NCBI GenBank assembly: GCA_030390025.1
Contig: JASTWF010000034.1
Coordinates: 6,076,001-6,124,128, forward strand
DNA length: 48,128 nucleotides
Origin: Squalus acanthias
Taxonomy: Eukaryota
Reading direction: 5' to 3'
Shown: positions 48,121-48,128 of the stretch, piece after piece
How positions within the stretch are numbered: position 1 is the first letter of the stretch
How the letters are laid out: every line of letters begins with the position of its first letter
Notes under the pieces: generated by a model
What the model was told of the DNA's origin: nothing
The model's input: the letters and a program-made list of their open reading frames with translations, nothing else
The model's database searches: none
Program-made: the position numbers and the translations under genes

Positions 48121-48128
48121 AAGTGTGT
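47895..48128 (+). repeat. Compound (GT)n/(GA)n microsatellite
   Basis: Direct reading. Confidence 0.98.

Overview
Repeat-dense vertebrate genomic DNA, most likely from a cartilaginous fish (shark). This is inferred from the repeat families (CR1, L2, RTE and Penelope retroelements, a Deu-domain tRNA-SINE, a 67-bp satellite) and from the receptor type. There is one apparently intact gene: a two-exon class A GPCR of the GPR139/GPR142-like type (exon 1 about 5109/5163-5199, exon 2 10241-11139, + strand). Its 5-kb intron holds a two-gene Harbinger/PIF transposon remnant, and it is followed immediately by about 26 tandem 27-bp units carrying YY1-type AAGATGGCGGC motifs. Four consecutive exons of an unprocessed PEX5 pseudogene, with stops and a frameshift, lie at 31382-33990 (-); the ORF track does not resolve them. 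A promoter-plus-exon cassette of an unidentified gene is present three times (about 29.1, 36.0 and 43.5 kb, - strand). The rest is decayed retroelements, including Penelope pieces with minimal hammerhead-ribozyme cores, and at least nine minisatellite or satellite arrays that generate most of the ORFs in the track. All homology calls are from visual recognition and recall of family sequences, not from database searches.
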